NCBI GenBank assembly: GCA_011109175.1
Contig: RDEW01000004.1
Coordinates: forward strand, 1,016,030-1,080,029
DNA length: 64,000 bases
From: Dicyema japonicum
Taxonomy: Eukaryota; Animalia; Dicyemida
Reading direction: 5' to 3'
Shown here: piece by piece, positions 61,333 through 64,000 of the stretch
Position numbering within the stretch: position 1 is the first letter of the stretch
Layout: the number at the start of each line of letters is the position of its first letter
Program-made: the position numbers and the translations under genes
The notes under the pieces: model-generated
What the model saw: only the letters and a program-made list of their open reading frames with translations
Database searches by the model: none
Told to the model about the DNA's origin: nothing

Positions 61333-62509
61333 CTGTTAATTTTACTAACAAGTCTGCTGTTTATTTTTGACGACGATTCGTGTTTAAGATTCCTGATTCC
61401 CCCTTTCTTTTGTTGTCCACATTATAAAACTCATTTTAGTGGAGCTGATCTTTGAGAATTAATCAACTAAATAATTTGGTACCCCAAAATTCCTGTTCTC
61501 TTGTCACTTGCATCACTTATAAATGTGACTAACAGAAAAGTCACAAAGTGGACGCACCCATAGATCAGTAAGGTGTATTTGATGCGGTGCAGAACTCGAA
61601 AGCTAACTCGGACAAGAGGTCGTCTAGAGTGCAGATGGAGCAAAGTGGGGAAGGCGCTTGTCATATTCTGTGCAAACAAGGACGCGAATCTAGATGGCGT
61701 AGCAACTACCAAATAGTTTGTTTGGTGGCGGCTACGAACGAGCGCAGAGATACAGTTCCCTGATTTTATCCTCTAAAAAGACCACAAAAAATGCGCTAAA
61801 CTAGCAGGGATAGGGAACTGCAATGTTTCTTTAAAGTTTATGTGTGCGTGCTCTATAGGAGGAATTCTTAGAGACAGTACCCCTAGTTTATCACTAATAA
61901 TAGGTCAGCAAGACAAAATAAAGTAAATAAAAGTTAAATTTATCAAATTAGTCAAATCTTCGTAAGACTCCATTAAAGAAGTTTGAAATTGACTCTGGGG
62001 TGGAATAAAGCGAAGAAAAAAAGCGGTCTACTCCATTATTCCAAAATAATTTACTTTCTACCACAGGATCCGAAGGAATCTACAAGTAAATAAAAGACAA
62101 AACAGTTATTTTATTCGCCAACTCGGAAAATGCTGATAATTTAATTTTATTAAAAATAGTGTAAGTGTCTAAGTTTGACGTGAAAACTTCAGAAACATGG
62201 CCTAAATAGATCGAACCTCCAGCAGTCGCAGCCTTCAAAGTACCCACGAGAATGCGCATTGAAAATTTGTTAAATTTAAAAATAACAATTCAAAATTAAT
62301 TATTTTATTAAAAAATAATTATCCATCACAAAAAAGTGAATAGCATTCCTTGATTCTCCATCATCGATTAGTTATGATAACTGTTAAAATAAAGTGTTTT
62401 ACATGAGAGTAGCGATAGCTGATTTGGCTCCTCGGAAAGTGATTGTTGCTGAAATTGCATATTAACGGAATAGAAAATAGTAAGCAACTACTCTTTATGG
62501 AAATTAGTC

Positions 62510-62800
62510 ATGCATTCCGAGACTAACCGTGCGAGGAAGCAAGTTATGGACATGGGTATCACTTAATTAGACGACAACTCTTATTCGGATTAAATGCGCC
62601 TCGTGGGTTCCATTCATCACCTGGACAAATTTCATGAAGATTAAAGCTAACCAGAAAATCATTTTCAGAGTGACGGAACGATGGAAAGAAATTGTCTTAG
62701 TCAAATCATATTAAGTGGATTATATGGCAAAAAATGAGATTTACGCTGAGCGTGGAAGGATCACGTGATTTTATATTTGGTTTAACTGTGGTCTTTGGAA
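62510..62800 (+). mobile_element. two short Vingi 3'-end remnants
   Basis: GGGTATCACTTAATTAGACGACAAC (cf. about 24270) and GGATCACGTGA...CTGTGGTCT (cf. about 31540). Confidence 0.7.
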
Positions 62801-62819
62801 TTTTTTAATTTCCATGTTC

Positions 62820-63175
62820 ACTGGTATCTACAACAAGTGTATGTGTTCTTACATCAGCAAGGATGTGATAGATGCCCAGTGGAGGCTATTTGAGCATGTA
62901 CTAAGAATGAACCCACGTACCCGCTAACAAGGCGATATAAGATTACTTTGACAGATGCGACAAACCCTTCCGCGGAAGACCTAGATCGACACTTCCGACT
63001 GCCTCAAACAAAGATCTAAATCGTGTGAGAAAAAATCTAAATACGGGGGACGACCTGGGCGAATTGAGATCACTCGCATTCGACAAAGGAAGATGGAAAA
63101 GACTAACTATAAATATTGTTTCTTTGAGTGTTGCACATGCGGGGCATTATGGCTTTCGTGAGAGTACCATAATAA
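62820..63175 (+). mobile_element. RTE 3' fragment, same subfamily as 24740-25090
   Basis: High nucleotide similarity to the reverse complement of about 24745-25090. Confidence 0.85.
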
Positions 63176-63229
63176 TAATGTTCAGAATAATGAATAGCTT
63201 GCTTATTGTTCATGAGAGATGGTAGCGCT

Positions 63230-64000
63230 TCAAAACCCCTGTTCCGAGGGCCTCAGACTAGGAATCGCACGCTCGCTTCCATCTCTAATTATGAGAGAAG
63301 TTCGAGATCTCTTTGCTTTCTGTTGACCACTACTACGCGACGTGAAAATGGGGGATCTCTGAAGACATGATTTCTCGATGTCTTCAGTTTCCAATTCCAC
63401 CGAGAATTTCCGAAAGCATAATAATAAGAAATTTGTAAAAGTTATTTTTATATCCTCAATAAGTATCCCATAATGATTTTTGTTGTCGTGATATTATCAT
63501 TCTGAGATTGTGGCCTAAAACTAAATTTGAGTCGGTACTTTTACTAAAATGGGGATTAAGAAGACTAATTTCTGAGGTAACCAGTGTAGAAGGGGTGAAA
63601 TAACTCAGGTTTTCTTCGAGTTTTCCGTAATTCAAAAGTAAATCATTCCAGTTTGTCAGAAAGGCAAGGTTACTTATCGTAGTCTGAATTATTTATACCA
63701 AAGAAATAATACTTTAGGGATGTTCCTGTAGTTTTATTATTCATAAAAATTTTGAGATACCGAATGACGGATTTAAGGATGATCGCTTTCAGAATCTTCC
63801 AAATCTCTAATAAAGACGATATATTGTTTAATATATTAGCCATACACGAATAGAGACTAACTAGTTTCCGGCATAGTGAGTTGATAGCCTCAATGGAGGA
63901 TCGATAATAATAATAAGTTAACAAAATCGTATAAAATATCAACGAGTGGGTGATCTTACGTAATCTTATTCTGAATAGCATCCTAACAAACGTAAAACAC
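63230..64000 (-). CDS. unidentified multi-exon gene running off the window end
   Basis: Open exon-like blocks (103-aa ORF 63670-63981; NWNDLLLNYGKLEENL..; FSVELETEDIEKSCLQRSP..). Confidence 0.35.

Overview
AT-rich eukaryotic (animal-type) nuclear DNA, scaffolded, with one 278-N gap at 37003-37280. More than half of the window is non-LTR retrotransposon sequence of several kinds: RTE-like (APE-RT); Ingi/Vingi-like (APE-RT, ORF ending in GIT*); CRE-like (RT plus restriction-like endonuclease); and small CR1-like and R4-like remnants. There is also a pogo/Tigger DNA transposon and two solo hAT-type ends. Host genes recognisable by homology are a SHANK-like scaffold, KIF17/OSM-3 kinesin-2, IPMK, CLUAP1/IFT38, an ML/NPC2-domain protein, a small RING protein and NDUFA2. 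Most of their introns are only 21-27 nt GT-AG. Animal genes, the standard genetic code and such micro-introns suggest a dicyemid-like animal, but this is inference and is not proven. The most notable signal is an L1Tc/ingi-style expression module on the Vingi-like elements. It comprises a covarying HDV-like double-pseudoknot fold at the 5' end, a canonical 2A stop-go peptide (LLLLSGDVEPNPGP) just before the endonuclease in one family, and a covarying 3'-terminal stem-loop. A short dispersed family also carries the ribozyme-like fold without any ORF. Four single-base homopolymer deletions in KIF17 indicate uncorrected long-read errors, so many apparent TE frameshifts may be artefacts. All assignments were made by eye, without database searches, and element boundaries are approximate unless a TSD or TIR is cited.
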